Shown piece after piece: positions 18,257 through 34,109 of a DNA stretch of 64,000 bases. The DNA comes from the human T2T-CHM13v2.0 reference genome, Homo sapiens, in assembly GCF_009914755.1 (NCBI RefSeq), contig NC_060946.1. One strand, written 5' to 3'. The number at the start of each line of letters is the position of its first letter. Position 1 is the first letter of the stretch. The notes beneath the pieces are model-generated. The model was given only the letters and a program-made list of their open reading frames with translations, did no database searches and was not told the origin of the DNA. The position numbers were made by a program, and so were the translations under genes.

Positions 18257-20750
18257 CTACCTTTTGATACACATATATACATACTCTTTTAATGAAGCAA
18301 TCCTTTGAGAAAGATATTATTATCCCCACTTCACAGACAAAGAAACTTTGGCACAGAGCCATTAAAGAACTTGTTTGAAGTGACACAGCTACATGCAAGA
18401 CCCTGTACTAAGCACTACTGACACAGATTAATAAAATAGTTCATGCTTTCAAATATCTCAAAATCGAATCAAAAATTCCGAAACTAAATGATTCTCTCAT
18501 AAACAATTACCTATACATCAATGTTGGGTATTGTAATAAATATACACATAAGATGGGAGTGTTATTTTAGGAATATTAAGCTTAAACTATTACGCTGAAA
18601 AGGCTCTACTAGAAGACAAACACACTGAAATAGGAGAAATTAGCTTCCTAGCTAATACAGCTTCTTTGCTAATACAATGACGCAGGCAAGATCCAGGCAG
18701 GCAGGTGATGATGGTGGATGCAGTAAGACTGGAGAAGGGGCAGGATGCAAGACAGTTCACAAACAGGAATGACAGTAAAAGTTTAATGTAAGAACAAAGA
18801 ATCAGGCTTAAGTTTTTAAGTCTTGGAAACTCAAGGATATTAGCAAAGACAAAGATACATTTATTTTAAGGTATGGTATACTGAGCTGAAGACTGCTTTG
18901 CTCTGAGAGAATATAATATAATATAGATTCAGAAATGAGACTTTACAAATCATTAGCAACCAGGCTTGAGTTGTATCTAAAGAAAGAATTTAAAAATATT
19001 TCAATTAGGCTCTGTGTCAGTGGGATGGCCTCTACATGTTTTCTTTGGTTTTATTTTCTCCTCACTCTCCACTGGTCTCTATTATCAATTCTGTTTGCAG
19101 CACCTTTTCCACGGAAATGAAGTGTGATTATAAAGTAACAATGCTGAAGTTTAAGCATACAAGAATTTATCCAAAACTGATTCCAAAAATGTTGTTTTTG
19201 CTTTAACACTTTTCTGGAACTTCTGTGTTGGAGTTGCTTTCAGAGTCCATCTACAATCCCAACAAGGAAGCCAATTATTTCACAGTCATACTTTATTTGT
19301 GAACACCTCTAACCTGATCATCCATTAACTTAGCTCAGAGTTAATTTCTGTTTTTTCAAAAGTAAAATCTACCCTCGAAAAAAAAAAACACAGATTTCTT
19401 GAGTAACCAACACTAAGGTTATTCCAGGGGTTGTGCTCCTTAGGCAACTTCATGAGAGGCTTTCCTGTAGGGGAGACATGGAGAATTAACATGTCTGAGC
19501 CCTTACTGAGAGCTGGGCATTGGACTGCTAATTATTTCCCAGACCTGCTTTTCATGTAATCCTTGAAGCAACCATTCAAGCAAGTACTGTCATCTCATGA
19601 TAAAGAATAAAAGAAAGTTCAAAAAAGTAACTTATATAACTAATACATAGCAGAGTTAGAACTTTAAAAACACAATTTTGCTACTGTACCATGCTGCTTC
19701 TAATAAAATAAGAACACCGCTTCCCAATGAACAGAAAAATGATCAGTTAAACAGTATCATTACTATATAATCCTATATTATATGCCTATAGCTTTAATAC
19801 TCTTTTAACATCATTTGGTTCCCTGCCACTTTCTGTACTGATTAACTCAGGAAAATACTGAGAGAAATATGAGCAACCAGCCATGAGAGTCTGTCACAGA
19901 TTTTGAGTTAAGTCTATCTGATAGAAACAGAATGTAAGAAACAGAAATGTCTTTGGAGCATCAGGCTTGACTCTCTCTAATTATACTAGAATAATATGGG
20001 TTAAGTACATTATAATCCAGGTCAACAAGCAAATAGTATTTCCTTTCCCTTATACACCTTCAAATGGAGGCTACTGTATATTTACCACCAGGGCTTTATT
20101 CATGCACTTTTAGTTGAACACAGATAATACGTTTTACTTATTCCTCCTTTGAATTCTACTCATTTATCACTGGAACACTATCCACATTTATATATAGCAG
20201 ACTCAAACTATCTTAAACTGAATTGGAAGACTGCAGGCTTGAATTATTTAAAAGAAAAACATTTCCACTTGTCCTGCCAAGTACTTGATCAATGCTCACT
20301 TAAGTGATGTAATCATCTCCTCTCATTTTGTAAGCTCTATTCTCTCTCTTCAGGTGACTAAGCAGTCTGCAATCTTCCTTCCTTTAATTGAATAATTTTC
20401 AGGCTTGTGTCTTATCCTTCCGGTTTTTACAAATTCATGCAATCATTTTCTCCTGTGACTACAGTAAAGGGTTTTATGGCTACGGTCCTTTCGTTAGCAC
20501 ACATGTCTCTAGAACTCTCTAGATCTGCTACACATACACTGTCTCAACGCAGACTTTCATCTACTCTTATGTTCCAGATAGACTAGCTACTCTGCAATGG
20601 CTATCTTTTTCTGCTTGTGGTCTTGCTTTTCCTTCTTTTTGATTGACCTTCCTGTGCCTTCCACACATCCCTCTGGCTCAGGTATTTTTTTTCTCCTAAC
20701 TCAGATATTTTTTTTCTCCATACCTCTCAGATATTTTTTTTCTCCTACCT

Positions 20751-20958
20751 CTCTGGACCTGCACGGTACTTTTGGTAATGTTATCACCTACTATTGTAAA
20801 CACAGCTACTGTTTATCCCACCTCTGGACCTGCACGATACTTTTGGTAATGTTATCACTTACTATTGTAAACATAGCTACTGTTTATCCCACCTCTGGAC
20901 TTGCATGGTACTTTTGGTAATGTTATCACCTAATATTGTAAACATAGCTACTGTTTAT
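20751..20958. repeat. Tandem repeat, 71-bp unit x ~2.9 (preceded by three 23-26-bp ctcagatattttttttctcc units at 20677-20750)
   Basis: Unit ctctggacctgcacggtacttttggtaatgttatcacctactattgtaaacacagctactgtttatcccac starts at 20751, 20822 and 20893. Confidence 0.95.
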
Positions 20959-21239
20959 TAAGCACTAGCCATGTGCTGTGTTTGGAGCCTTATGTATGTA
21001 ACACAAACTATCCAGCTTTTCCTCCTACCCCTCACAATGCACTTTCCAGCCCCTATAAAATCTGTCACTTACAGGCCTGGCACAGTGCCCGGCACATAGC
21101 AGGTGCTCAAGAAATGGAAGGTATTATTATCATAATTATGAGAAGAAGCACCATATGACTTATTCATGTTTGACCCCAATGTCTGGTTCGTTTAATATTT
21201 GTTTACAAAACTAGGCAATGGGCTGGGCACAGTGGCTTA

Positions 21240-21488
<249 letters not shown>

Positions 21489-22217
21489 TCAAAACAAAAA
21501 CAAAACAAAACACATCTAAGCAATTAAGAGAATAAATGTTGAATGGTTGTAAGCCATCTGTAAGACAAACTGTGCAGCTTGCCATGGACTACTGAAACTA
21601 ACTCTTTCCAGAGTCTGGACAGGACAAGTACATAGTGGGGCTGTGCTGCCCAGATGCATGGCCTGGAAGTCCGGCAAGAAGCTCTTTTTGGCTAGTGACT
21701 GCAGAGGCTGAGTATAGAAAAGGGTCGTCAGTGTGTTGCTCCAACACAGGCCAGTATCAGTTTGGCTCCCTAGGTGCAGAATGTGTGGTCAGACCAACTC
21801 ACTGGGATCAGAGAGAAACATGAGACTGTAAGAGAGGATTCGGATGATGAAGGAATTCCTGATTCTTAGAACTGAAGGCTGTAACTGTTGCACTCACACA
21901 GGCACAAAGGTGGGGCTCTGGGGCTCTGGGATTTGGCAATGGCAGTCTAGGAAATAGTCTATGTTAGTCTGGCAAGATGTAGCAGGATATGCCAGTCACA
22001 GTGGTGTGCTCCTGTAGTCCCAGCTACTCGGGAGGCTGAGGTGGGAGAACAGCTAGAGTCCCAGCGTTTGAGACCAGCTTGGGTAACACAGCAAGAACCC
22101 ATTTCAAAACAAACAAACCAAAAAACAACTCACAGAAAAGAGGTAGCAGGACACAAAATTCAGATTCCAGATTCAAGTCTTTGGCAATGCTAAGTTTAAA
22201 AGGGGGCTGTGCACTGA

Positions 22218-22439
<222 letters not shown>

Positions 22440-22453
22440 TGATGTCCAGCTGA

Positions 22454-22600
<147 letters not shown>

Positions 22601-24843
22601 TAAACTAGTTATTAGATTTGGGACATTAATTCAGGCAGGGCTAGCAGCAAGCAAGGTTGAGATCTGAAGTAGGACTCAGATTCTAGGAGTGAGGGCAGAA
22701 CTAGTCTAGTGTTTAAGGTGGGGCTGAACTTGCCAGTGGTTGAGTTTGTTGCTGGGGCAGAGAACCTGGTAAGTTATTACAATACTGTAAGCCCTCCACA
22801 ATGAATCATTAGTATACCTTATAGCTTCTCAGAGTACACAATCTACTTAGCTTCAGTATAAAGTATTTTAAGATGCCAATTATCTGCAGATGGTGAAGTA
22901 CAGAACATAAGTCTGTTTGGCCTAACTTAACAAATACATAATTCTTTCTACACACTTGTTTCGCCCCGGGCTGTGTACCTATTTGACCTCTTAACCCCCA
23001 TCGATTTTTGTCCCCTTACGATTCTCCAGATACAACCACTTCCAATTTGAAATTGCTCTTTGCAACCATGAGGTAGTTGTTTCATCCCCAGATTCTGGGA
23101 CCAGAACTCTTTTCACCATTAGGTTCCAGAAACTAGGGTCCAAATACTCTTGCAATAAAGTGTTTCCTTTAAACCAAATCCAACCAAACATACTTTTAAA
23201 AAAGTTAATAATAAAATCTTCCCATCATCTGGCTCTTCAGTAAACTCACAGTTACTGACTTTTACTTCATCAAATACCAGGCTGTCTTGTATCGTTCTTT
23301 GGCTTATTTATGGTTCTTTGGATTTGACATCCCTAAGGTTTTCTTGGTTCATGTTACAGCAATATACAGAAATCACAGACTGTAATTCAACTACCCATCT
23401 GATGACTGACTATCTTCTACAACACTCCCACCAAGTGGTCATCTGGACTGTACCTGAACACCCTGAATGAGAACTCATCACTTGCAGAGACTGCCTATTT
23501 CATTTTTTTTATATCACCCAATGAAAATAACTGTATTGGCCTGAAATATCCTCCCTAAGTTTCTTGAGACAGAGTCTTGCTCTGTAGCCCAGGCTGGAGT
23601 GCAGTGGCACGATCTCAGCCCACTGCTACTCACTGCTACCTCTGCCTCCCGCGTCCTGGCTCAAGCAATTCTCCCGCCTCAGCCTCCCAAGTAGCTGGGA
23701 TTACAGGCACATGCCAACATGCCCAGCTAATTTTTGTATTTTTAGTAGTGACGGGGTTTCACCATGTTGGCCAGGTTGGTCTTGAACTCCTGACCTCATG
23801 ATCTACCCGCCTCGGCCTCCCAAAGTGCTGGGATTACAGGCGTGAGCTAGCACACCTGGCCTCCTCCCTTAGTTTCTATCCATTGACTCCAGCTCCTCTC
23901 CTTAGGGACATGTGGAACAAATAAAAACCTCTTATATGTGGCCCCTTCAGAAATCTGAATGAAGTGACAATATCCTTCCTGAGTTTGTTTGCCTTGTTTT
24001 GCTAAATATATGTTCCAAGTGCCTTTAACATTTTGTTGTTGTTGTTGCTGTTAGATCTCTCTTTTCTGCATATTCAAGATGATCTATATGTCGTGTAGCT
24101 ATCCCAGAGCTAGATTAATTTCAGGTGTGCTCTGGTCAGCACAGAACAGAATGAGATAGTCATCTTCCTTGTGTTCTGCACACTATACTTCTCATAATGC
24201 AACCTAAGATTATATCAGCTTTTTTTGGCAGCCACACACACTGTTGACTCACATTGAGCTTCTAGTCAACTCAATACCCCTAATTCAGCCACACGTACTG
24301 CTGCTAGGCCCAATGCATACTTCTGCAATTGTTTTAGCGGGGAGGAAGTGGTAAAGAGAAAGATTTATCACATTGATACTTCATGAAATTTGGGGCCCAA
24401 AAATTCAACCTGGGATTTTGCATTCCTGTCATACATAAGCCTATGCTTAGTTTGCTATCCTAAATGATTAGACAAACTAGTGATGAGTCATGGACTGGAG
24501 TTCAGCTTAGGCTAGTCAGCTTTGCTTTGTTTCATGGTCTCATGCAGCCTTCTCAAAATTACCGATCTTTCAAATGTATGCTATTTATCCCGAGAAGAAC
24601 TGGTGGAAAGACTATAAATGATTCAATGCAAAGCCATTATCACCACTGAAAAAAACAACGCAAAGATAAGTATCCAGTACATTAAAGATGGTATATTTAT
24701 AATTTGCCATGGAAGAATTATATCTAAACACCTTCTCCTTGATTAAAAATAGCATCTATAGAGATAATGCTATATAGATTTTCAAAGATATTTCAACTTA
24801 GCTTATTCCATTCCTTCAAGAAAGTGGGGAAGGTATCATTATC

Positions 24844-25040
24844 CTCATTTCTAGTTCAGTTCAGTCCTTATTGTACCCATGGTATTCCAACACAAGTGAG
24901 ACCCACCCCATGTGATTAAGGCACTCATATCCAGGGTGTTCTCATTTCTAGTCCAGTTCAGTCCTTATGGGACCCATGGTATTCCCACACAAGTGAGACC
25001 CAGTCCGTGTGATTAAGGCACTCTTATCCAGGGCGTTCTC
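24844..25040. repeat. Tandem duplication, 97-bp unit x2 (~90% identical)
   Basis: ctcatttctagt(t/c)cagttcagtccttat... starts at 24844 and 24941. Confidence 0.93.
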
Positions 25041-25871
25041 CTGTAAGTGTCAGGCAACATCTGCTCTGCTTGCCCTTGCCATCTGGATTTTAAAAAGGAT
25101 CTCATACTCCGTTAATCATAAAATCATAGAATCTATGAGAATTAGTCTAATATCTTTGAAGATTAGGAAGAGGTATCAAATAATGCACCTAAAGCTTCAG
25201 TTACCTAATAGTAAAACCAGGATTAGAACATATTTATATTCTAACCAGTATTCAGACCAATCTTCTTTCTCTTACACTACTATTTCTCAAGATACAAGTA
25301 GGTAACTGTCTGTTATCTACAGCAAGGACATTTCTGAAAATGGGATCTGAGATACACATTCTCTGCAACTCAAGAATGTTATGGCTAAGGATCCCACCAA
25401 ACTCCTAATCCAAGGGAATATGGGCCAGGAAGCTAATCAGAGAGGGATGAACCATGAGATGCTGAACCAGCGACTTCCCAGTAAACAGATTTGTGCTATA
25501 TGAAGCAGCTCCCCCAATATCTACCATTGTTAGAGCCACTTGAGGATTTAGACCACTTGTGTTCTAGATAACCAGGGTGCAGAGACAGCTAGAAGTCATG
25601 TTGAAAGGAAATAATTATAAATCTGCTACAGCCAAAGGTGGTCTTTTTCAAAAGCAGGCTAAATAAGCCGCTGAGTTAATATAGCTAAAGGAACCCGGTA
25701 AGTGACTATGATTGCATCAGTGCACTCCAGCCTGGGCAACAAATTGAGACCTTGTCTCTAAATATTTATCAATACTGATATGGTGTCCAATTTGATTCAA
25801 CAATCATTTATTGAGTGCCAGTTATATGCAAATCACTGTAGACTCAAAGACATGCCATTCCTTTATCCTTA

Positions 25872-26120
<249 letters not shown>

Positions 26121-27069
26121 CTACAGTGAGCCATGATTGTGCCAATGCATTCCAGCTTGGGCGACAGAGTGAGAGACCCCACCTCTAAAAATAATTAATA
26201 ATAATGACAATAATGTTTATTTCAAAATAGCCACAAAGAAGTGATAAATATTTGAGGTGATGGATATGCTAATTGGCCTGATTTGATCATTCCGCAATGT
26301 ATACATGTATCAAAACATCACACTGTGCCCCATAAATATATACAATTATTATTTGTCAATTAAAAATAAAATTTTAAAAACACTTTAGAGGTTTAATATG
26401 AATAAAGAAGGTTTACTATGAGTAAAGCAGAGCTGGTCATGAGAGGAGAAGAAACCCACAACAAAAACAAGGGACAAAAAGGAGGCTGCTAAAATGGGGG
26501 CCGTAAAACCTTATTTGTCACAATTTTGGCTGGGTTGGCCTTGCTCTGCTGCAAAATCCATTTTTGGTAAGTTTGGGTGGGCTACTCCAAGACTTTTTCA
26601 TGTGAGACACTTAAGTCTACATAAGGATAAAAAACAATAAAAAATGCTAGTGAAAAAAGAATTGTGACTTCTGGGCTAAGGAATGCAATGTAGGGACAAA
26701 TTAACCCAGAAATTGGGTTTTAGAATGTTGCTTAGAAATTGGGTCACCTCAGATCTTTTTTCCCTTGACTATAAGTAAAATATTGGCTCTTACAGTTTCT
26801 TTCCAGTAAATACCATGTTTAACTTGGAAATCTGACAAATACCAAAAACCCTATCCCCTTACCTCACAGTATTATTGGATGATCAAATGTGACAAGATGA
26901 CGCAAAAGCCTTTTGTGTGTTGTAAAGTGCTAAATGAGGGCATAAACAGCCCCTCTGGGTCATAGGAGAAGACTGGTGGGATCTCCATGTCATGGCCCTT
27001 ATTAGAATTGTTCACCATTGATCATCATAACATTTTAGTCCTTCAAATGTAAATGAGTAAAAATAGTAC

Positions 27070-27770
27070 CTTACTATATGATCCAGCAATTCCACTGCTG
27101 GGTATATACACAAAAGAAAGGAAATCAGTGTATCTAAGGGATATCTGCACTCGCATCCCATGTTTGTTGCAGCACTGTTCACAATTGCCAAGATTTGGAA
27201 GCAACCTAAATGTCCATCAACAGATGAATGGATAAAGAAAATGTGGTACATATACACAATGGAGTACTATTCAGCCATAAAAAGGAATGAGATCCTGTCA
27301 TTTGCAACAACATGGATGGAGCTGGAGGTCATTAAGTGAAATAAGCCAGGCACAGAAAGACAAACCACATGTTCTCACTTATTTGTGGGAGCTAAAAATT
27401 AAAACAACTGAACTCATGCAGATGGAGAGTAGAAGGATGGTTGCCAGAGGCTGGGAAGGGTAGTTGAGGATGGGGGAAAAGTGCAGATGGTTAATAGGTA
27501 CAAAAAGTAGTTAGAAAGAATGAGTAAGATCTAGTGTTTGATAGCAGAACAGGGTGACTATAGTCAATAATTTAATTGTACATTTAAAAATAACTATAAG
27601 AGTATAATTGGATTGTTTGTAACACAAAGAATAAATGCTTGAAGGGATGGATACCCCACTTACTATGATGTGATTATTACACACTGCATGTCTGTATCAA
27701 AGCATCTCATGCACCCCACAAATATATATACCTACTATGTCCTCACAAAAATTAAAAATAAAAAAATTTA
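27070..27770 (+). mobile_element. L1MA-type 3' end
   Basis: atatgatccagcaattccactgctgggtata...aatgagatcctgtcatttgcaacaacatggatgg...A-rich tail. Confidence 0.85.
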
Positions 27771-27891
27771 ATTACCTATACACATTACTTTTTAAAAAGT
27801 ACTTTAAATACCTTCCCTAAGGATTGAAATAAACACATATTGTGAATTTAAAAGTAATACCTAAAAACAGACACTAATACTTTTTTTTTGA

Positions 27892-27987
<96 letters not shown>

Positions 27988-28536
27988 TGAGTAGCTGGGA
28001 CTACAGGCACCCGCCACCACGCCCAGCTAATTTTTTGTATTTTTTAGTAGAGACGGGGTTTCACCGTACTAGCGAGGATGGTCTCGATCTCCTGACCTCG
28101 TGATCCACCCGCCTCGGCCTCCCAAAGTGCTGGGATTACAGGCACGAGCCACCGCTCCCAGCCCCACTAATACATTTTTAAAAATAAGCTCCTTCTGCAG
28201 AACCAGCTTCTATAATGAAACTGTTTTCTCACAAATAAGCATATAGAGGAATTTATACATGGCTAGATTATTAGAATCATATTTTATTAGAATTAGGACA
28301 AGACTTACATCATCTCTATAGACTGTCTCACCAGTTCCCTCCCCTCCCTTTTTTTTGTTTTGTTTTGTTTGAGACGGAGTCTTGCTCTGTTGCCCAGGCT
28401 GGACTGCAGTGGCACGATCTCAGCTAACTGCAACGTCTACCTCCCAGGCTCAAGTGATCCTCCTGCCTGAGCCTCCCAGTAGCTGGAATTACAGGCACGC
28501 ACCACCATCCCCAGCTAATTTTTGTATTTTTAGTAG

Positions 28537-28665
<129 letters not shown>

Positions 28666-30396
28666 TAACAGGAAAACTGAGGTTAAAGTAGAACCCAGAC
28701 TAAACTGCAGGTTTTCTGACTCCTGTTCTAAGTCTCTTTTCTTCTATAATTTTTTTAAAAAATATTTCAAACATAAAGAAAAGTATTGGTAATAATAAGC
28801 ACCCAGATTTTTTAAATGTTAATATTGTCATGTCTCAGATCTCTTAAAAAGAATTAAAACATTATCTATCAACAGATAATTCCCATTCTTCTATTTCATT
28901 CCCCTATCTCTCTCTCCAGAGGTATCCATCATGTTGAAGTTGTGTGTATTCTGTCCTTCCTGCCCATGTTTGTATACACTTACCAAATTATGGGTTATAT
29001 ATCCTTAAACCACACCATGTTGCCAGAGAAAGAGTTGTTCTTCCAAACAAGGAAGAATCCCTCACTCTAGTATGCTTCATGCAGTTATAACCTTTTGGGT
29101 TGGTGGGATATTTCAGAAAGAAACTAGGGCAAAGCCTTAAGTCTTTTTAAATGATTACCACAGAGCCGGGCGCAGTGGCTCACGCTTGTAATCCCCACAC
29201 TTTGGGAGGCTGAGGTGGGCAGATCACCTAAGCTCAGGAGTTTCAGACCAGCCTGGCCAACGTGGTAAAACCCCATCTCTACTAAAAATACAAAAATTAG
29301 GCGGGCGTGGTGGCGTGTGCCTGTAATCCCAGCTACTCTGGAGGCTGAGGCACAAGAATCACTTGAACCCAGAAGGTGGAGGTTTCAGTGAGCTGAGATT
29401 GCTCCACTGCACTCCAGCCTGGGTGACAGAGGGAGACTCCAACTCACAAAAAAAAGCAAAAAACAAAATGATTACCACAGAAAGAGCTAGTGAAGTGTCT
29501 TGCTATCATTCAGAGTAAAAAGTAAATTGGGCAAATATAAACATTTTTAATACAACTTTTTAAATCCTAAGTTTTATTTATGAAACACTGGTTTACAATG
29601 AACAAGTACGAATGACCTGTCACTGAACAATAGGGAAAGATGAACTAAACAATTTAACTAGTAATAATAGCTTCTACTACTGCTTCGAGGTCCAGCTCAG
29701 TGTTATCACCTTAATGAATTTGTCCATGATCCCAGAGTTGATTCCTTCAATAATCATTTATTGAGTGCTAAAGTCCTCTGGATACAAAAGTAGATCCGGT
29801 CCATTTTCTGAGGACAGCACAGAAATAACTACACAATACTGTTTAATAAATGTAACAAGAGAACTATCTATGAAGGCCTGGGGGAGCCTAACTTTTTCTG
29901 GGACAATTGGAGAAGTCTTTACAGAAGTGATGTTTCAACTGCATGGTGGAGGATGAGAAGGCGGTCACAAAATGAAGGATGAAAGGTGATTCCAGGTAGG
30001 GATACACTGAATGAGAGGGTACAAAGGATGGTAAGATACTAGTTTTAGAAAGACAACTAAGGATAGACATTGGAGGTGGAGAGACAAGTTACAAGACTGG
30101 CAACAATTCAAGCAAAAGATGACAGGAGGCAGACATGAGGAGGGAGGAGGAAGGATATGAACAAAATCCAGGAGATAAATTTAGCAGAACTTGATGCCTG
30201 ATTGTATTGAGGAAAGAAAGAACATGGAGGAGTTGCAGATGACTCTCAAAAACTTGGCAAATCAGTGGGTGGTGAGGCCATTACTGAAATAGGGAATACA
30301 GTGCAGAAGATAAGAGGCTGGGCGCGGTGGCTCATGCCTGTAATCCCAGCACTTCAGGAGGCTGAGGCAGGCGGATCACCTGAGGTCAGGAGTTCA

Positions 30397-30655
<259 letters not shown>

Positions 30656-31949
30656 TCAGTTTGAAGCATTTTGAGTTGGCTTTGAAGCCTCTTCCATGAG
30701 ACCTCCAACAATTTCTCTAAGCCAGAAATCACCTCTTTGCACTCCATAGTATCTTTTTCATCTCAAATTATTTAAATCTGCTGTATTTACAAGTTTGTCT
30801 TTCCTTTTTTTTTTTTTGAGACGGAGTTTTGCTCTTGTTGCCCAGGCTGGAGTACAATGGCACGATCTCAGCTCGCTGCAACCTCCGCCTCCCCTCCTGG
30901 GTTCAAGCGATTCTCCTGCCTCAGCCTCCCGAGTAGCTGGGATTACAGGCATGCGCCACCATGCCCGGCAAATTTTTGTATTTTTAGTAGAGACGGGGTT
31001 TCACCATGTTGGTCAGGCTGGTCTCGAACTCCTGACCACAGGTGATCTGCCCGCCTCGGCCTCCCAAAGTGCTGGGATTACAGGTGTGAGCCAACGTGCC
31101 CAGCCGTCTTTACTTTAAATCACAAAGAAAAGGTACTAGGTCTTATCTGTCTTTATATGGCTCTCTTAGCAGTGCCTTACACATAGAAAGTCCTCAGAGT
31201 TTGCACTCTTGAGAAGGCAGCTCCATCAGATACTAGAAACCGTCAGCTAACATTTATCAAAACAAGGAACAAAACTTGTGAATTAGCAGCTGAAACAAAA
31301 TACCTGAAGTATAATATTTTTAATGTTAGTAGCTGATTCTAGATATAAATTAGCTCCCTTTGTGCTCATTTTACTTGCCTCTTTTTTTTTTTTCTTTGAG
31401 ATTGCGTCTCACTCTGTTGCCCAGGCTGAAGTGCAGTGTTAAGATCATAGCTAGGGAGCCTCGAACTCCTGGGCTCAAGCGATCCTCTCACCTCTGCCTC
31501 CCAAGAAGCAGGTGCGCACCACCATGATAGGCTAATTTGTAAAACATTATTTTGTAGATACAGGGTCTTGCTGTGTTACCCAGGCTGGTCTGGAGTTCCT
31601 GGCCTCAAACAATACCCCTTTCTAGGCCTCCCAAAGTGCTGGGTTTACAGGCATGAGCCACCGTGCTGGCCTTTTCTGACTTTTAAACAACCCCGCAGCG
31701 TAATCTTTGCATTCCTATTTTACAGATAAAGCAACAGAAGCCTCCAGCGACTAAGTTAAACTTTCCTGGGGTCACAAGGTTTACAAGTGGCTGAATAGGA
31801 TTTCTACAGACTGGTTCCTTCACCCGGCTGCCCGCCGAAGTAAGCGGGCCTTACTGCCCTAATTCTCAATAGGACCCCAAAGAGGACGCTTCTTTGCTCC
31901 TGAAGGGATGGCACCCTCTGGATTCGCGGTAACAGCAAATGGGGCTCTC

Positions 31950-33150
<1,201 letters not shown>

Positions 33151-33833
33151 GGGGTCTTGGGGCCACAGAGTGTGGGTCTGGGGGAGCAGGCAGGGAGGGC
33201 CTCAGGGTCTGAAGGGCTCAGGGGAGGCGGTGAGAAGTCCTGAGTTGGCGGGCAGAGACCATAGTAGGTCTTGATGGGACGGCCCCGGGGTCCTTGGGGG
33301 TTGCAGAATCCTGGCGTGACCTTTACAAATCTCTTCTCCCCCACGTTGCCCAGAACCGGAAGGAAAAGGACGGGATTTTACTCTCCAGGGCTTTCTCTGT
33401 GGCCATCCCAACCCTCCTCCCCGGAGCCGGGCTTGTCTTCTGGATGTCTGGCTGGATCACTGTCTCCAACCAGAGCACCCAGCAGGTGTACTGATTGTCC
33501 GGCCCCAGACCATCCTTCTTGCGGTGACCCGACCTCTGGCTGACCCTTGGAAATAGAGGCTGTCTGCATTTAGTTGGCGAGGGAACCTTTCCCACTGGCA
33601 AGCCATGGGCGCTGGTTTTTCCACTCCCTGCAAGCTTGTGCATCACCAGGACTTTCTGAGGGCTGTATACTGCTGGACACTGTGTCCACAAAGCTGAAAA
33701 AGACACTTCCTGGCCGGGCTCACACCTGTAATCTCAGCACTTTGGGAGGCCAGGGCTGGAAGATTGCTTGAACTCAGGAGTTCGAGACCGGCCTGGGCAA
33801 CATAGTGAGACACCCATCTCTATAAAGCATTTA

Positions 33834-34109
<276 letters not shown>

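Noticed and set aside
20086-20230. Possible CxxC zinc-finger motif in a fossil exon (YKCG*C)
   Set aside because: All three frames contain several stops and the motif needs a frame that does not fit the next exon, so no domain call is justified.
20751-20958. 71-bp repeat as a CRISPR-like array
   Set aside because: Units are contiguous with no unique spacers, there are no cas genes, and the context is mammalian.
23069-23080. TGAGGTAGT, resembling the let-7 5' end
   Set aside because: Only 9 nt match and I see no hairpin arm. On the minus strand it is just a single let-7 seed match, expected by chance.
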